From contig CAWGJT010000010.1 of assembly GCA_963822965.1 (NCBI GenBank), positions 128,001-192,000 of the forward strand: 64,000 bases of DNA, in the 5' to 3' direction. Numbering within the stretch: position 1 is the first letter of the stretch; each line of letters begins with the position of its first letter. The notes below the pieces were generated by a model that searched no databases, was not told where the DNA came from, and was given only the letters and a program-made list of their open reading frames with translations. Source of the stretch: an uncultured delta proteobacterium. GTDB lineage: Bacteria > Myxococcota_A > UBA9160 > UBA4427. Made by a program: the position numbers and the translations under genes. This document shows positions 10,301-20,531 of this stretch, in pieces.

Positions 10301-11326
10301 TCAGAACTGGAAGAGCGTGATGCCAGGCTCCGGCCCCGCGCCCTTGCGCTCGATGGGAACCCGGTAGGTCGACGGGATGTCGCTCCAGTGCGGATAGATC
10401 TTGCCGTCGACGACGTAGCCCGGGTCGTCGCCGGCTTCTGCCGACTCCGTTCGCGGGCCGAAGACGTCGTAGCTCTCGTTGGGAGCGGCGACCCCCGCCT
10501 GCTGGCCCCCCAAGACGAGCTCGCTCTTGCCGTCCCCGTCCACGTCGGCGCGAATCCAGGTCATGCCGAGGATCCGGTTGTAGGAGCCGTCGGCGATCAT
10601 TTCGCGAATCGCCTGGTCGAAGCGGGCGATGATGGCCGCGGCGCCCGGCAGGTCGCGGCGCACGGCGAAGTGCAGGGGGCGCTCGACGATGGGCGCCGAC
10701 CCCACGTCGAGCAGCACCCGGGCCCTCGTGCCGTAGCGTTCGAAGAGGGCGTGGATGAGCACCTCGTCCGCGACCAGGTAGTCCACGTCGCCGGCCAACA
10801 GGTGCTCGAGGTTCTCCTGGTCGCTGCGGCCTCGGACGAAGACGGGCCCCTTCGTCGTTTCGATCGCTTCGCCGTATGCATAGCCCTCCACCAGCGCGAC
10901 GCGTTTGCCCGCGAGCTGGGCGAGGCTCGTCGCGCTCGTGTCGCTGCCCTTCCGGGTGAGCAGCACCAGGCGGTTCTCGAGATAGGGGCTCGAGAAGAGC
11001 AGGAACTTCTCGCGCTCGGGGGTGCGCCACAGGGCCACACTGCCGTCGAGCTTTCCGGCACGAAGCTCGCCCAGCAGCCGATCGAAGTCGTCTTCGATGG
11101 CGGTCGACGCTTCGATGCCGGCGCGGGTGAGCGCCGTCTGCACCAGGTCGACGGCGACGCGGCGGCGTCCGGGAAGGTCCGTGAACGGCGGCCACACGTC
11201 CGAGCCCAGGCGCAGCGCGCGGCCGGGACCTTCGGGGTCGGGGGCCTCGCCCCCCTCGGCTGCGGTCCACGTCAGCAGCAGGACGCACAGGGAGAGGACG
11301 AAGGACCGATGGCGGGCTCGCTTCAC
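10301..11326 (-). CDS. Periplasmic substrate-binding protein (family 3) with C-terminal extension
   Basis: Signal peptide; WPPF, TPEREKFLLFSSPY, LAGKRVALVEGYAYG, DGSYNRIL. Confidence 0.85.
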   Translation of the reverse strand: MKRARHRSFVLSLCVLLLTWTAAEGGEAPDPEGPGRALRLGSDVWPPFTDLPGRRRVAVDLVQTALTRAGIEASTAIEDDFDRLLGELRAGKLDGSVALWRTPEREKFLLFSSPYLENRLVLLTRKGSDTSATSLAQLAGKRVALVEGYAYGEAIETTKGPVFVRGRSDQENLEHLLAGDVDYLVADEVLIHALFERYGTRARVLLDVGSAPIVERPLHFAVRRDLPGAAAIIARFDQAIREMIADGSYNRILGMTWIRADVDGDGKSELVLGGQQAGVAAPNESYDVFGPRTESAEAGDDPGYVVDGKIYPHWSDIPSTYRVPIERKGAGPEPGITLFQF

Positions 11327-11702
11327 AGCGGGATCTCGTTCGTGACCGAGGGAATGGATCTGAAGACCTGGACCTGGCAGCCCGAGGAGACGCGTTCGGG
11401 AATCGGGCGCCAGGATCTCTTCCCGCTCAGGCTAGCGCGCGGCGTCCCGTGCCGGCGCGGCCGTGACCGGCCGTCAGGCCTCGGAGCAGGCCTCCTGCGT
11501 CCCCCTTGGGAAGCCCGCACCGATGCGGGCTTGCCTCAGGAGCGATGGTGCCTCCAATTGCGCATGCTCTCGCCCGAAGAAGAGGGGGAGAGTCGCCCGA
11601 AGCAACAGGGAGACTCGTCCGAAGAAGCCAAGAAGGGAAGAAGGAAGCGAGACCCGCGCGAAGCGAGCCCGGCGCGAGGCCGAAGCAACGGGGGGACGGG
11701 CC

Positions 11703-12593
11703 ATGCAGCTCCAGAAGATCACGATCCACGGGCACGAGGTGGCGTATCGCACCGCCGGCAGCGGGCCGGTCGTGCTGCTCATCCACGGCATGGCGGGCAG
11801 CGCCACCACCTGGAAGTACGTCATGCCGGCGCTCGCCCAGCGGTTCACGGTGGTGGCGCCCGACCTGCCCGGGCACGGAGAATCGGACAAGCTCGTGGGC
11901 GACTGCTCGCTCGGCGCCTTCGCGAGCACCCTGCGCGACCTGCTGGTGGCGCTCGGCCACGAGCGCGCCACGGTCGTCGGTCAGTCCCTCGGCGGCGGGA
12001 TCGCCATGCAGCTCGCGTATCAGTATCCCGAGCGCTGCGAGCGGCTGGTGCTGGTGGGCAGCGGCGGTCTGGGCAGCGAGGTGAACGCGCTCCTCAAGGC
12101 GCTGTCGATTCCGGGCAGCTCGATGGTCCTGCAGCTCGCCTGCGCGACGCCGATCCGCGGAACCATCGATGCCATTGCGCGAGCCGCGTCGGGGGTGGGC
12201 CTGCGTCCTGCGCCGGCCACCGCCGAGCTGTGGCGCAGCTACAGCTCGCTGGCCGACGACGAGACCCGCCGCGCCTTCCTGCGGACGCTGCGGAGCGTGA
12301 TCGACACCCGCGGCCAGGCGGTGAGCGCGGCGGACCGGCTGCACCTCGCCGCCGAGATGCCCACGCTCATCGTGTGGGGCGACGCCGATCCGATCATCCC
12401 CGTCGAGCACGCCTACGCGGCCCACGAGGCGATCCCCGGGAGCCGCCTGGAGATCTTCGAAGGGGTCGGCCACTTCCCCCACTGCGAGGAGCCCGCGCGC
12501 TTCGTGAGTGTCCTCGCCGACTTCGTCGAGAGCACGGTGCCGGCGCAGATCACGGTCTCGTCGCACCACGTCCTGGGGCAGCAGACCGCCTGA
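11703..12593 (+). CDS. Alpha/beta fold hydrolase
   Basis: LLIHG, DLPGHGES, GQSLGG, WGDADPIIP, GHFPH. Confidence 0.95.
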   Translation: MQLQKITIHGHEVAYRTAGSGPVVLLIHGMAGSATTWKYVMPALAQRFTVVAPDLPGHGESDKLVGDCSLGAFASTLRDLLVALGHERATVVGQSLGGGIAMQLAYQYPERCERLVLVGSGGLGSEVNALLKALSIPGSSMVLQLACATPIRGTIDAIARAASGVGLRPAPATAELWRSYSSLADDETRRAFLRTLRSVIDTRGQAVSAADRLHLAAEMPTLIVWGDADPIIPVEHAYAAHEAIPGSRLEIFEGVGHFPHCEEPARFVSVLADFVESTVPAQITVSSHHVLGQQTA

Positions 12594-12649
12594 GGGGCGC
12601 GGGGGCGGGTACCCTGCGGGCTTCGATCGAGCCGCCCTGACGAGGCGCC

Positions 12650-13081
12650 ATGAGCAGCAAGCGTTCCCTCGCCGCCGCGTTCCTCGTGCTCGCCCAGTTG
12701 GCGTTCCGGCTGACCCCCTGTCCGGCGTCCCTCGTGACGACGGCGTCGTCGTTGCCAGAGGCCCTCGCCGCGGCCGTCGTCTCGGGTCACGCACACGAGC
12801 ACCCGCACCCGGGCGAGCACGTTCACCACGCGACGAGTCCGGAAGTCGTGCCGACCGCCGTCCACGAGACGCACGTCGACGCCGTGGTCGGCGCGCCCTG
12901 TCCGTGCGGGTGCGGCCAGCACTCCCGAGCGCCCCACATGCGGGCGTCGCCGAGCCCCTTCGTGCCGCCCTGCGCGGCGGGCCTGTTCGCGTTGCATGCG
13001 CGAGGGGTCGTGCCGGGCCTGGCCGCCGTGCTTCCCGAAGCACCATCGGTGCCGGTGTTCCACGTCCCCATCTCCGTCTGA
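12650..13081 (+). CDS. His/Cys-rich small protein (DUF2946-like putative metal-sensing leader)
   Basis: Hydrophobic N-terminus, HAHEHPHPGEHVHH, CPCGC, Pro-rich tail ending PVFHVP. Confidence 0.55.
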   Translation: MSSKRSLAAAFLVLAQLAFRLTPCPASLVTTASSLPEALAAAVVSGHAHEHPHPGEHVHHATSPEVVPTAVHETHVDAVVGAPCPCGCGQHSRAPHMRASPSPFVPPCAAGLFALHARGVVPGLAAVLPEAPSVPVFHVPISV

Positions 13082-13217
13082 TCCAGCTGCCGACCCAACC
13101 CGCCTGATCTCGAGCCGCTCGGGCGGCAATGGCTGCAACGGATGACGCATGGGCCGAGGTCGCGCGCGACGCGCGCGCCCGTCTACCCGTGCGCACCTTC
13201 ACGACGGAGGAGTCGTC

Positions 13218-14273
13218 TTGGACTCGCTGGATGGATCGCCCGTAGCCCGGGCGACTGATGGATCCTCACGTGCGCGTCGCAGGACACGGGGCGAAAGGTC
13301 CGTCCTCTCATCGCCTGGATCGATCCTGGCTTCGATGGGACTGTTGATCGTCCTCGCCGGGCTTGCCCGGCCCGGACAGGCCTGCTCGATCTGCCTCGCG
13401 GGCGACCCACAGTTCAGCAACCAGGGCACCAGCGCCCAGGAGAAGGGAAGCGTGAGCGTGGCCCTCGAATCGCGTGGGCTCACGAAGAAGAGCGGGCTGC
13501 TGCCCGGCGAGGACGACGGGGGTGACGGACGGGAGAAGAGCCAGACCGAGCGACTGGATCTCTACGTTTCCTGGACGCCGATCGATCGGCTGACCGTGAC
13601 GGTCGATCTTCCCTACTCGTTCAACGAGGTGACCGAGATCGACGAGGACGAGCGGGTACGCTCGACCCATGCCGGTGTGGGCGACCTGGCCTTCACGGCG
13701 AGTGTCGTGCTGTGGCGCAACCGTCCCGTCCTGCCGGACACCTGGGTGGAAGGCCGCGTCTTCCTCAAGACGCCGACGGGCGAGAGCACGAAACGGGTGA
13801 ACGGCGAGAAGGACCCGCACCTGCAGGTGGGTACGGGCTCGTGGGACGTGGGCCTGGGGCTGGCGGGTGTTCACCGCCTGGATTGGGGGGCTGTCTACGG
13901 GAGCCTCTTCTACCGCATGAACCAGAAGGGCTCGCTCCACTACCAGTACGGTGACGTCGCGCTCGCCAACCTGGGCAGCGAGCTGGCCCTGGGCCACGCG
14001 CTCGCGGTCCCGGCGTTGGAACGCTTCACGCTGGGCGGTGAGCTGAACTTCCGCTGGGCGGCCAAGGACCGCTCGGAGGGCGCGCGCTGGAACGACAGCG
14101 GTGGGCCGATCCTGTACGCGACGCCGTCGCTCCGGGTGCGGGTCCCGTGGTTCGAGACGGAGCGGGCGCCGGTTCTCCGGGGATCGGTGCAGCTGCCCCT
14201 CACCTCGAGCTGGCTGAATGGGCAGCAGACCGAAGGCGTGGTGTGGTCCGCCGGGCTGGCCTACTCGTTCTGA
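13218..14273 (+). CDS. Outer-membrane beta-barrel transporter with N-terminal CxxC
   Basis: Signal peptide, then CSIC; GVGD..KTPTG..LQVGTGSWD motifs; C-terminal YSF. TTG at 13218 follows GGAGG; ATG at 13335 is an alternative start. Confidence 0.8.
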   Translation: MDSLDGSPVARATDGSSRARRRTRGERSVLSSPGSILASMGLLIVLAGLARPGQACSICLAGDPQFSNQGTSAQEKGSVSVALESRGLTKKSGLLPGEDDGGDGREKSQTERLDLYVSWTPIDRLTVTVDLPYSFNEVTEIDEDERVRSTHAGVGDLAFTASVVLWRNRPVLPDTWVEGRVFLKTPTGESTKRVNGEKDPHLQVGTGSWDVGLGLAGVHRLDWGAVYGSLFYRMNQKGSLHYQYGDVALANLGSELALGHALAVPALERFTLGGELNFRWAAKDRSEGARWNDSGGPILYATPSLRVRVPWFETERAPVLRGSVQLPLTSSWLNGQQTEGVVWSAGLAYSF

Positions 14274-14275
14274 GC

Positions 14276-14785
14276 ATGCGCTGCTCGAGAGCCACTCTCG
14301 CCCGAGCTGCCGGGCTCCTCGCGGGAACGAGCCTGGTGCTGGCCATGGCGGCCGCGGCGGGCCCGGGCACCGAGCCCGGACCCCTGGCCCTCTCCGACCT
14401 GGACGGAAGCCCCGTCGAGCTCGCCCTCGGGCCGAACGACGCGGCGCTCGTGGTGCACTTCTGGGCCACGTGGTGCCCGTCGTGCGTGGGTGAGCTGCCG
14501 GTGCTCGACGCCGCGGCCCGGACCTGCCCGACATCCGTGCGGGTCGTGGCGGTGAACGTCGCCGAGGACCCGGAGGCGATCCGGGGCTTCCTGATGGATC
14601 TGCCGGGCCCGCATCCGCAGGCTCTGCGCCAGCTGCGGGACGCGACGGGAGACGTGTGGCGCCGCGTGTCGGGACACGGCCTGCCGGTGAACCTGGTCTG
14701 GACGCGGACGGGCGCGCGGGTCGAGCCCGGGCCGCGAGACGCAGCCTCGTGGACGGGGCTCCTCGAGGGGCTCGGCTGTGGTTGA
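14276..14785 (+). CDS. TlpA-like thiol-disulfide oxidoreductase
   Basis: HFWATWCPSCVGELP; signal or anchor sequence; starts 2 bp after the barrel stop. Confidence 0.88.
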   Translation: MRCSRATLARAAGLLAGTSLVLAMAAAAGPGTEPGPLALSDLDGSPVELALGPNDAALVVHFWATWCPSCVGELPVLDAAARTCPTSVRVVAVNVAEDPEAIRGFLMDLPGPHPQALRQLRDATGDVWRRVSGHGLPVNLVWTRTGARVEPGPRDAASWTGLLEGLGCG

Positions 14786-14899
14786 ACAATGCCCGGGAAG
14801 TCGCCGGTTGTTCAGCGGAATCCGACGACGTACCCGCCGATTTCGAGGCGGCTCGAACTCGCGGGTTCGACGAAGCGCGCACAGGCGTAGACTGGCCCC

Positions 14900-17728
14900 A
14901 TGCACCCGCACACGGCCGGACGGCTGTTCGTCGTAGCTGCTGTCCTCTCGATCTTCCTGCCCGGCGAGGCCGTGCCGCCGGGGACCTCGGGGCCCGCATC
15001 GGTGCCGGGGATCGTCGCGCCCGGACGTGCATCGGTCGCCCCGCCCGGGGTGGGCGCGAACGCTTCGGCGTCCCGGTCGACCGCGACCACCGCGGGTGGG
15101 GGTGCCGTCGCGTCGCGGGCTCCGGGCGCGCCGCGGCCGGGCCTGCGTCCCGTCCCGGAAGCGATCCGCGCGCGTGCGGTGGCCGCGGCCCGGGCGGCGT
15201 CGCACCCGCGCGCGCCCTTCGAGCGCCGTTCGCGGTCGACGGGCCGCGTGCTGCGCGCGCTGCAAACCGCCGACCTGATGCGGATCGAGCCGCCGGGGCT
15301 CCTCGCATCATCCCGGGAACACGTCGTCCACGACACCTACCGGCTCTACAAGGACGGGCTTCCGGTCTTCAACCGGACGGGTCGGGTACACCGGCGGGAC
15401 GACCGGGTCTTCGCGCAGACCGGCAAGCTCGGAATTCCGCCGCTGGCGGCCGGCAGTGCGTCCCTGTCCGCCGCACAGGCGATCGAGGCGGCGCTCGCGG
15501 CGGTTCCCGGCCGGGGCCAGCGCGCCCCTCCGGAGAGCGAGCGCGGCTGGCTCGCCACCCCGCAAGGCACGCTGCCGATCTGGCAGGTGACCCTCGCCAT
15601 GGCGGAGCCGCTGGGCACCTGGCTGGTGCGGGTCGATGCGCGCGACGGTGCCGTCCTGAGCGCCGACGACCTGATCCGCACCGCCACCGGCAGCGGGCTC
15701 CTGTACCCCGAGAACGCCGTGACCACCCCCGTCCCCGTCGCGCTGCCGCTCTTCGATCTCGACGGCGGCGGGTTCCTGCAGGGGCGCGTCACCCAGGTCT
15801 TCGACGTTCGCGAGCTCGAAGCCTACCGGCCGGACGGGGTCTTCGATTTCGGCACCACCGATCCCCGCTTCGTACAGACCAGCGTCTACCGGGGGCTCAC
15901 CGACGCCGCGCGCTACGCGGAGGCGCACGGGCTGGCGCCTCTCGACCAGCGCGTGCTCGCCTTCACCAATCTCTTAGGGGGTCCCGGCGACGAGCAGTTC
16001 AACAACGCCTACTACGACCCGTTCTTCCCGATCTTCGGCTTCGGCAACGGCGACGGCACCATCACGGCCAACCTCGGCACCGACGTGGACGTCGCGATCC
16101 ACGAGATGGGCCACCACGTCTTCGCCGAGCTGGTGGACCCGACGGGCTCCAGCACCCTGCAATCCGCCGCGGCCCTCAACGAGGGCTTCGCGGACACCCT
16201 GGCCGCCTTCGTGAACGACGACCCGGAGATCGGAGAGTCCACGATCCCCGGCCAGCCGTTCCTGCGCTCGCTGGACAACGGCGCGGTGTGGCCCGACGAC
16301 ACCGACCTCGACCCGCACGTGGAGGGCCTGATCTACGGCGGTCTCGACTGGGACCTGCGCAACGCCCTCGGCAACGATCTCGCCGCCGACATCGTGATCG
16401 CGAGCCTTCCCTTCCTCGACCCGGACGACGACTTTCCCGCCCAGGCCTACCGCGAGGCGCTGCTGCAGGGCGGTCAGGTGGTGAACGGCGGCGCGACGAA
16501 TGAGACGATTCGTACGCTGGCCGACGCGCGGGGCATCGTCGCCCGAGAGCAGCTCGACTTCCAGGGCTACCTCGAAGAGGGAAGCCCCGTCACGGAGAGC
16601 CTCCTGGACCAGGAGTTCCGGGTCTACCTCTTCTCCGAGTTCCCGGGCTCTCGCCGCGTCACCTTCACGATGACCGGCACCGGCGACGCCGATCTCCTGG
16701 TGGCTCCGGTCTCGCTCTTCGATCCCAACGATCCCAGCACCTACTTCTTCCCCGGGCTCAACGGCTCGAACGAGACGGTCAGCGTCACGGGGTCCACCCA
16801 CCCCTCGGTGAACGACGACGACGTGTGGCTCGTCGTCGTCCAGGACTACCCCAACGGGCAGCCGAGCAGCGCGCAGTTGAGCGTCAGCTCGCTGCTGCCG
16901 CTCCCCTCGATCTCCGAGGGCGGCTCCTATACCGGCACCATCGCCCAGGGAGGCGACATCGAGTTCATCACGTTCCTGGGTGCCGCGGGTCAGATCGTCC
17001 GGCTCGAGGCCCACGCCCTCAGCGAGAGCCTCGACGTCGCCGTGGCCGTCTTCGAGCCGCGCACCATCGAGATCTACGGGGCCGACGACGATTCGGGAGA
17101 GGGCACCGACTCGCTGATCCAGGGCGCGCTGCTGCCGGAGACGAAGGCCTACGGCATCGCGATCTTCTCTCTCGTGGCCGACGTCGACCCGACGATCGGT
17201 GCGGGCGACTTCCGACTGGATCTCTCCCTGTGCCCGAACACCGGGCCCGACTCCGACGGCGACGGGCTGGCCGACGAGTGCGACGACGACGACGACGACG
17301 ACACCTTCGTCGATTCGAACGACAGCGCCCCGCTCGATCCACTGCTCTGCCAGGACGTCGAGGGCGACGGCTGCGACGACTGCGTCAGCGGAAGCTTCGC
17401 GCCCTTCGACGACGGACCGAACGCAGACGGCGACCACCTCTGCGACGCGGGCGACCCCGACGACGACAACGACGGCTGCGAGGACGGGATCGACCCGTAT
17501 CCCTTCTCGCCGAGCGTCGACGACGACGTCGACTTCGTGGGGAGCGACTGCGACAACTGCCCCGAGGCGTTCAATCCGGGACAGGTGGACTTCGACCAGG
17601 ACGGTCTGGGCGACGCGTGCGACCCGACGCCGATGCCGGAGCCGAACGCGGGCCTCCTGGGGGCGATGGCGATCGGCGTGGCGGCCTGGCTTCGGGCCCG
17701 GCGCGCCGGCGCGCGCTCCGGGTCGTGA
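14900..17728 (+). CDS. Secreted M4/M36-like Zn metalloprotease with PPC-like domains, TSP3 repeats and PEP-CTERM anchor
   Basis: PepSY-like propeptide, NNAYY, HEMGH, ALNEGFAD, Asp-rich DxDxDG repeats, C-terminal MPEP-hydrophobic-RARR. Confidence 0.88.
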   Translation: MHPHTAGRLFVVAAVLSIFLPGEAVPPGTSGPASVPGIVAPGRASVAPPGVGANASASRSTATTAGGGAVASRAPGAPRPGLRPVPEAIRARAVAAARAASHPRAPFERRSRSTGRVLRALQTADLMRIEPPGLLASSREHVVHDTYRLYKDGLPVFNRTGRVHRRDDRVFAQTGKLGIPPLAAGSASLSAAQAIEAALAAVPGRGQRAPPESERGWLATPQGTLPIWQVTLAMAEPLGTWLVRVDARDGAVLSADDLIRTATGSGLLYPENAVTTPVPVALPLFDLDGGGFLQGRVTQVFDVRELEAYRPDGVFDFGTTDPRFVQTSVYRGLTDAARYAEAHGLAPLDQRVLAFTNLLGGPGDEQFNNAYYDPFFPIFGFGNGDGTITANLGTDVDVAIHEMGHHVFAELVDPTGSSTLQSAAALNEGFADTLAAFVNDDPEIGESTIPGQPFLRSLDNGAVWPDDTDLDPHVEGLIYGGLDWDLRNALGNDLAADIVIASLPFLDPDDDFPAQAYREALLQGGQVVNGGATNETIRTLADARGIVAREQLDFQGYLEEGSPVTESLLDQEFRVYLFSEFPGSRRVTFTMTGTGDADLLVAPVSLFDPNDPSTYFFPGLNGSNETVSVTGSTHPSVNDDDVWLVVVQDYPNGQPSSAQLSVSSLLPLPSISEGGSYTGTIAQGGDIEFITFLGAAGQIVRLEAHALSESLDVAVAVFEPRTIEIYGADDDSGEGTDSLIQGALLPETKAYGIAIFSLVADVDPTIGAGDFRLDLSLCPNTGPDSDGDGLADECDDDDDDDTFVDSNDSAPLDPLLCQDVEGDGCDDCVSGSFAPFDDGPNADGDHLCDAGDPDDDNDGCEDGIDPYPFSPSVDDDVDFVGSDCDNCPEAFNPGQVDFDQDGLGDACDPTPMPEPNAGLLGAMAIGVAAWLRARRAGARSGS

Positions 17729-17761
17729 CGGGAAGCGGGCGGGCCCGAGGCCGTCGCCGGA

Positions 17762-19255
17762 TCAGGGCGTCCCGTTCAGGCACTGGGCCGGGACCGCGGA
17801 GAAGATCGTTCGCAGGTCGGCCATCACGTCGGCCGTCTCCCACATCGAGGCGGCGGTCGCCGTCTTGATCCGGTCCTGCATGGGCCAGGGCCAGAGCTTC
17901 TCGGGGGTGACGACGCCGTCCACGGTCCGATAGCACACGGAGGCCCCCGGACCGCCCGGTGTATAGATGTCGAGGCCGAGCTCCGCCTGGGGGGCCCGGT
18001 CCTGGTTCGGGCCCCCCCGCCAGTCGCTCTTGATGAAGTCGCGGCCCCGGCCGCCGCGCAGGGTCATGTCGTCGTAGACGAGCGGGGCCTCGCGGCGATC
18101 GTCGCCCCGACTCCACGAGCAGCCCCGCGGATATTGGATCGGGTCGTCGTCACAGTTCTGGAGCGAGAGACGGGCGCCCCGCGAGTCGGCGCGCAGCCAC
18201 ACGACCACATCGTCCAGGGTGACCCCCTTCATGCCCTTGTTCGGGAACGCTCCCGCGCCGCCGACTCGGACGCCGTGGTTTGCAATCAGCTTCGAGCTGG
18301 GGAGGTCGTAGACGATGCTGCCCAGGATCCGCATTCCCACCGTGAATCGGTCTCGTCCGGGAGGGATCCACGAGGCGCCGGTATGGGTCTCGCCGTCCGT
18401 GGTGACGATCTGCGGGTGGTCCGCGTAGTCCGCGGGCTGCAGCCGGGTATCGGGACTCCCGCCGACGGTCGCCAGGACGTTCTCGCAGAGGACGTCGAAG
18501 CTCTGGTACTGGCAGCTGACGGCCTTGAGGTTCGACGACGCGATCCATGGCCAGTTGCCTTCGATGCGGGCCCAGACGCGACGCAAGGTGGCATGCGTGC
18601 TCTTGTAGACCTCGATGGCCTTCCGCCCCCGGCCGAAGGCGGCCACGTCCTCGAGCAGGACGCGGTCGGTGTTCGAGATGGAGAAGACGTGGACGTTCTC
18701 GCTGGTGACCTTCTCGTAGCTGGGCTTGTCGGTCGCCAGCACGCACGGGTCGGCGGCGCACGGGATCGGGTCCTTGTAGGCCACCACGCGCCGGAGGATC
18801 ACGTCCGTCGTCCGGCTGGGCGTTTTCGGTGCTCCGATCGAGACGGTCACCGCCGCCTGGGAGCGCACGTCGATGCCCGAGACGATCCACCAGGATCCCC
18901 GGAGCTGCAGGGGGAGGTGCTCCGTTCCCCCGTCGATCAGGACGCGGCCGTCGCGCTCGGCGTGCACGTGGAGCGGCGTCTCCTTGCTTCCCCCTCGACC
19001 TTTCCGGGGGCGCAGCATGGAGCTCGCGCCGCGGTACGTCCCGTCGAGGAGCACGAGCTCGCCATCGTCCGGCGGGGAGGACAGGAAGTCGGCGATCGAG
19101 TACGGCTCCGCGCGGGTGCCCGCGCCGCCCACCCGGCCCCACGTGCCGCCGTACGGAATCTCGCCCCTGTCGGCCTCGATCGGCGCGGCATAGGTGCGCG
19201 CGAGGGCGGGCGTGGACACCAGGCCCAGGATCAGCGCGGCCGCCATGTGCTTCAT
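17762..19255 (-). CDS. Secreted right-handed beta-helix (pectin lyase-like) protein
   Basis: Signal peptide; GTRAEPYSI..LVLLDGTY..HAERDGRVLIDG N-cap typical of polysaccharide lyase-like folds; repeated short strands. Confidence 0.6.
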   Translation of the reverse strand: MKHMAAALILGLVSTPALARTYAAPIEADRGEIPYGGTWGRVGGAGTRAEPYSIADFLSSPPDDGELVLLDGTYRGASSMLRPRKGRGGSKETPLHVHAERDGRVLIDGGTEHLPLQLRGSWWIVSGIDVRSQAAVTVSIGAPKTPSRTTDVILRRVVAYKDPIPCAADPCVLATDKPSYEKVTSENVHVFSISNTDRVLLEDVAAFGRGRKAIEVYKSTHATLRRVWARIEGNWPWIASSNLKAVSCQYQSFDVLCENVLATVGGSPDTRLQPADYADHPQIVTTDGETHTGASWIPPGRDRFTVGMRILGSIVYDLPSSKLIANHGVRVGGAGAFPNKGMKGVTLDDVVVWLRADSRGARLSLQNCDDDPIQYPRGCSWSRGDDRREAPLVYDDMTLRGGRGRDFIKSDWRGGPNQDRAPQAELGLDIYTPGGPGASVCYRTVDGVVTPEKLWPWPMQDRIKTATAASMWETADVMADLRTIFSAVPAQCLNGTP

Positions 19256-19328
19256 GGAACGGGGCTCGTCATGGCTGGACTCGATTCCCGGTGGTGCGCG
19301 GACGGAGGGCCGTCGCCGGCTGCACGCG

Positions 19329-20474
19329 TCAGGCCCCGCGGCTCGGATCGACCAGGTACTTCTCGCCCGTCGCCTGTCTTCCGTATTCGGCGAGGGCCTC
19401 CGGCCGGAGCGCCTCCGCCAGCGATACCTCGCGGGTGTAGTGACTGGCGAAGGTCGACTTGATCTCGCGGGCGACACGTTCCCGCAGGTGCTGGCCGGCC
19501 TCCAGGCCGATCCGCTGCAGGAAGTTCAGCAGCAGCCAGCCGCCCACGCCCCAGGCCATGCCGTAGCTCCGCGTGAGCAGGGTAGGGGAGCGGTCGAGGG
19601 CGCCGTACACGTAGACCTGCTTGTAGGTGGTGGAGCCGTAGCGGCTGTACTCCCGAGCCGACCGACCGGCGGCGATCTCCATGGCCGCGAGGATCTGGCT
19701 CGCGAGCGTTCCGCCTCCCACGGCGTCGAAGGCCAGGGTGGCACCGGTCGAGGCCAGGGCGTCCACGAGGTGGTCCTCGAAGCCGGGCTCGCTCGAGTTG
19801 CAGACGAACTTCGCCCCGAGGCGCTCGAGGAGCTCGACCTGGTGAGGCTTGCGCACGATGTTCACGAGGGGAACGCCGTCGGCGTTGCACAGCTTGTTCA
19901 GCATCTGGCCCAGGTTCGAGGCGGCGGCGGTGTGCACCAGCGCCTTGTGGCCTTCGAGCTTCATGGTCTCGACCATGCCGAGGGCGGTGAGCGGATTCAC
20001 GAAGCAGGAGGCGCCCTCGGCGGGCGTCGTGCCCTGGGGAAGCTCGAGGCAGAAGGCCGCCGGCATGCAGCGGTACTGCGCGTACATCCCGCCGCCGAAG
20101 CAGGCGACGGTCTTGCCCAGGAGCGCCTGCGCGGCGGGAGACGATCCCGCCTTCACCACCACCCCGGCACCTTCGTTGCCCACGGGCATCGCCTGGTCGA
20201 CGCGGCCGGCCACCGAGCGCATCAGCGGTGCCGGCACCTTCGCGGTGACGACGGGGCGATCGGGGCTGCCGCCCACCCGGGCGGTTCCCATGTCGGCGGG
20301 GCCGAAGAGGAGCCCCATGTCCGAGGGGTTGATCGGCGAGGCCTCGACCCGGATCAGCACCCGGTCGTCGCCGGGCTCGGGTACCTCGACGAGAGCCAGG
20401 GAGATCTCGAGCGTGGCGTCCTTCCGGATGGTGGACTGCATCTGCAGGGCGGTGGCGGGGATCGCGGGGGGCAT
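19329..20474 (-). CDS. MDR family (zinc-binding dehydrogenase-like) NAD(P)H oxidoreductase
   Basis: ASPINPSD, GNEGAGVV, VNPLTA, TAAASNLG, TGEKYLV. Confidence 0.9.
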   Translation of the reverse strand: MPPAIPATALQMQSTIRKDATLEISLALVEVPEPGDDRVLIRVEASPINPSDMGLLFGPADMGTARVGGSPDRPVVTAKVPAPLMRSVAGRVDQAMPVGNEGAGVVVKAGSSPAAQALLGKTVACFGGGMYAQYRCMPAAFCLELPQGTTPAEGASCFVNPLTALGMVETMKLEGHKALVHTAAASNLGQMLNKLCNADGVPLVNIVRKPHQVELLERLGAKFVCNSSEPGFEDHLVDALASTGATLAFDAVGGGTLASQILAAMEIAAGRSAREYSRYGSTTYKQVYVYGALDRSPTLLTRSYGMAWGVGGWLLLNFLQRIGLEAGQHLRERVAREIKSTFASHYTREVSLAEALRPEALAEYGRQATGEKYLVDPSRGA

Positions 20475-20531
20475 GGTCCTTCCTTTCCTCGTCGTCTTCC
20501 TTGTCGTCACGGTGTCGTCACGGTCGGGATC

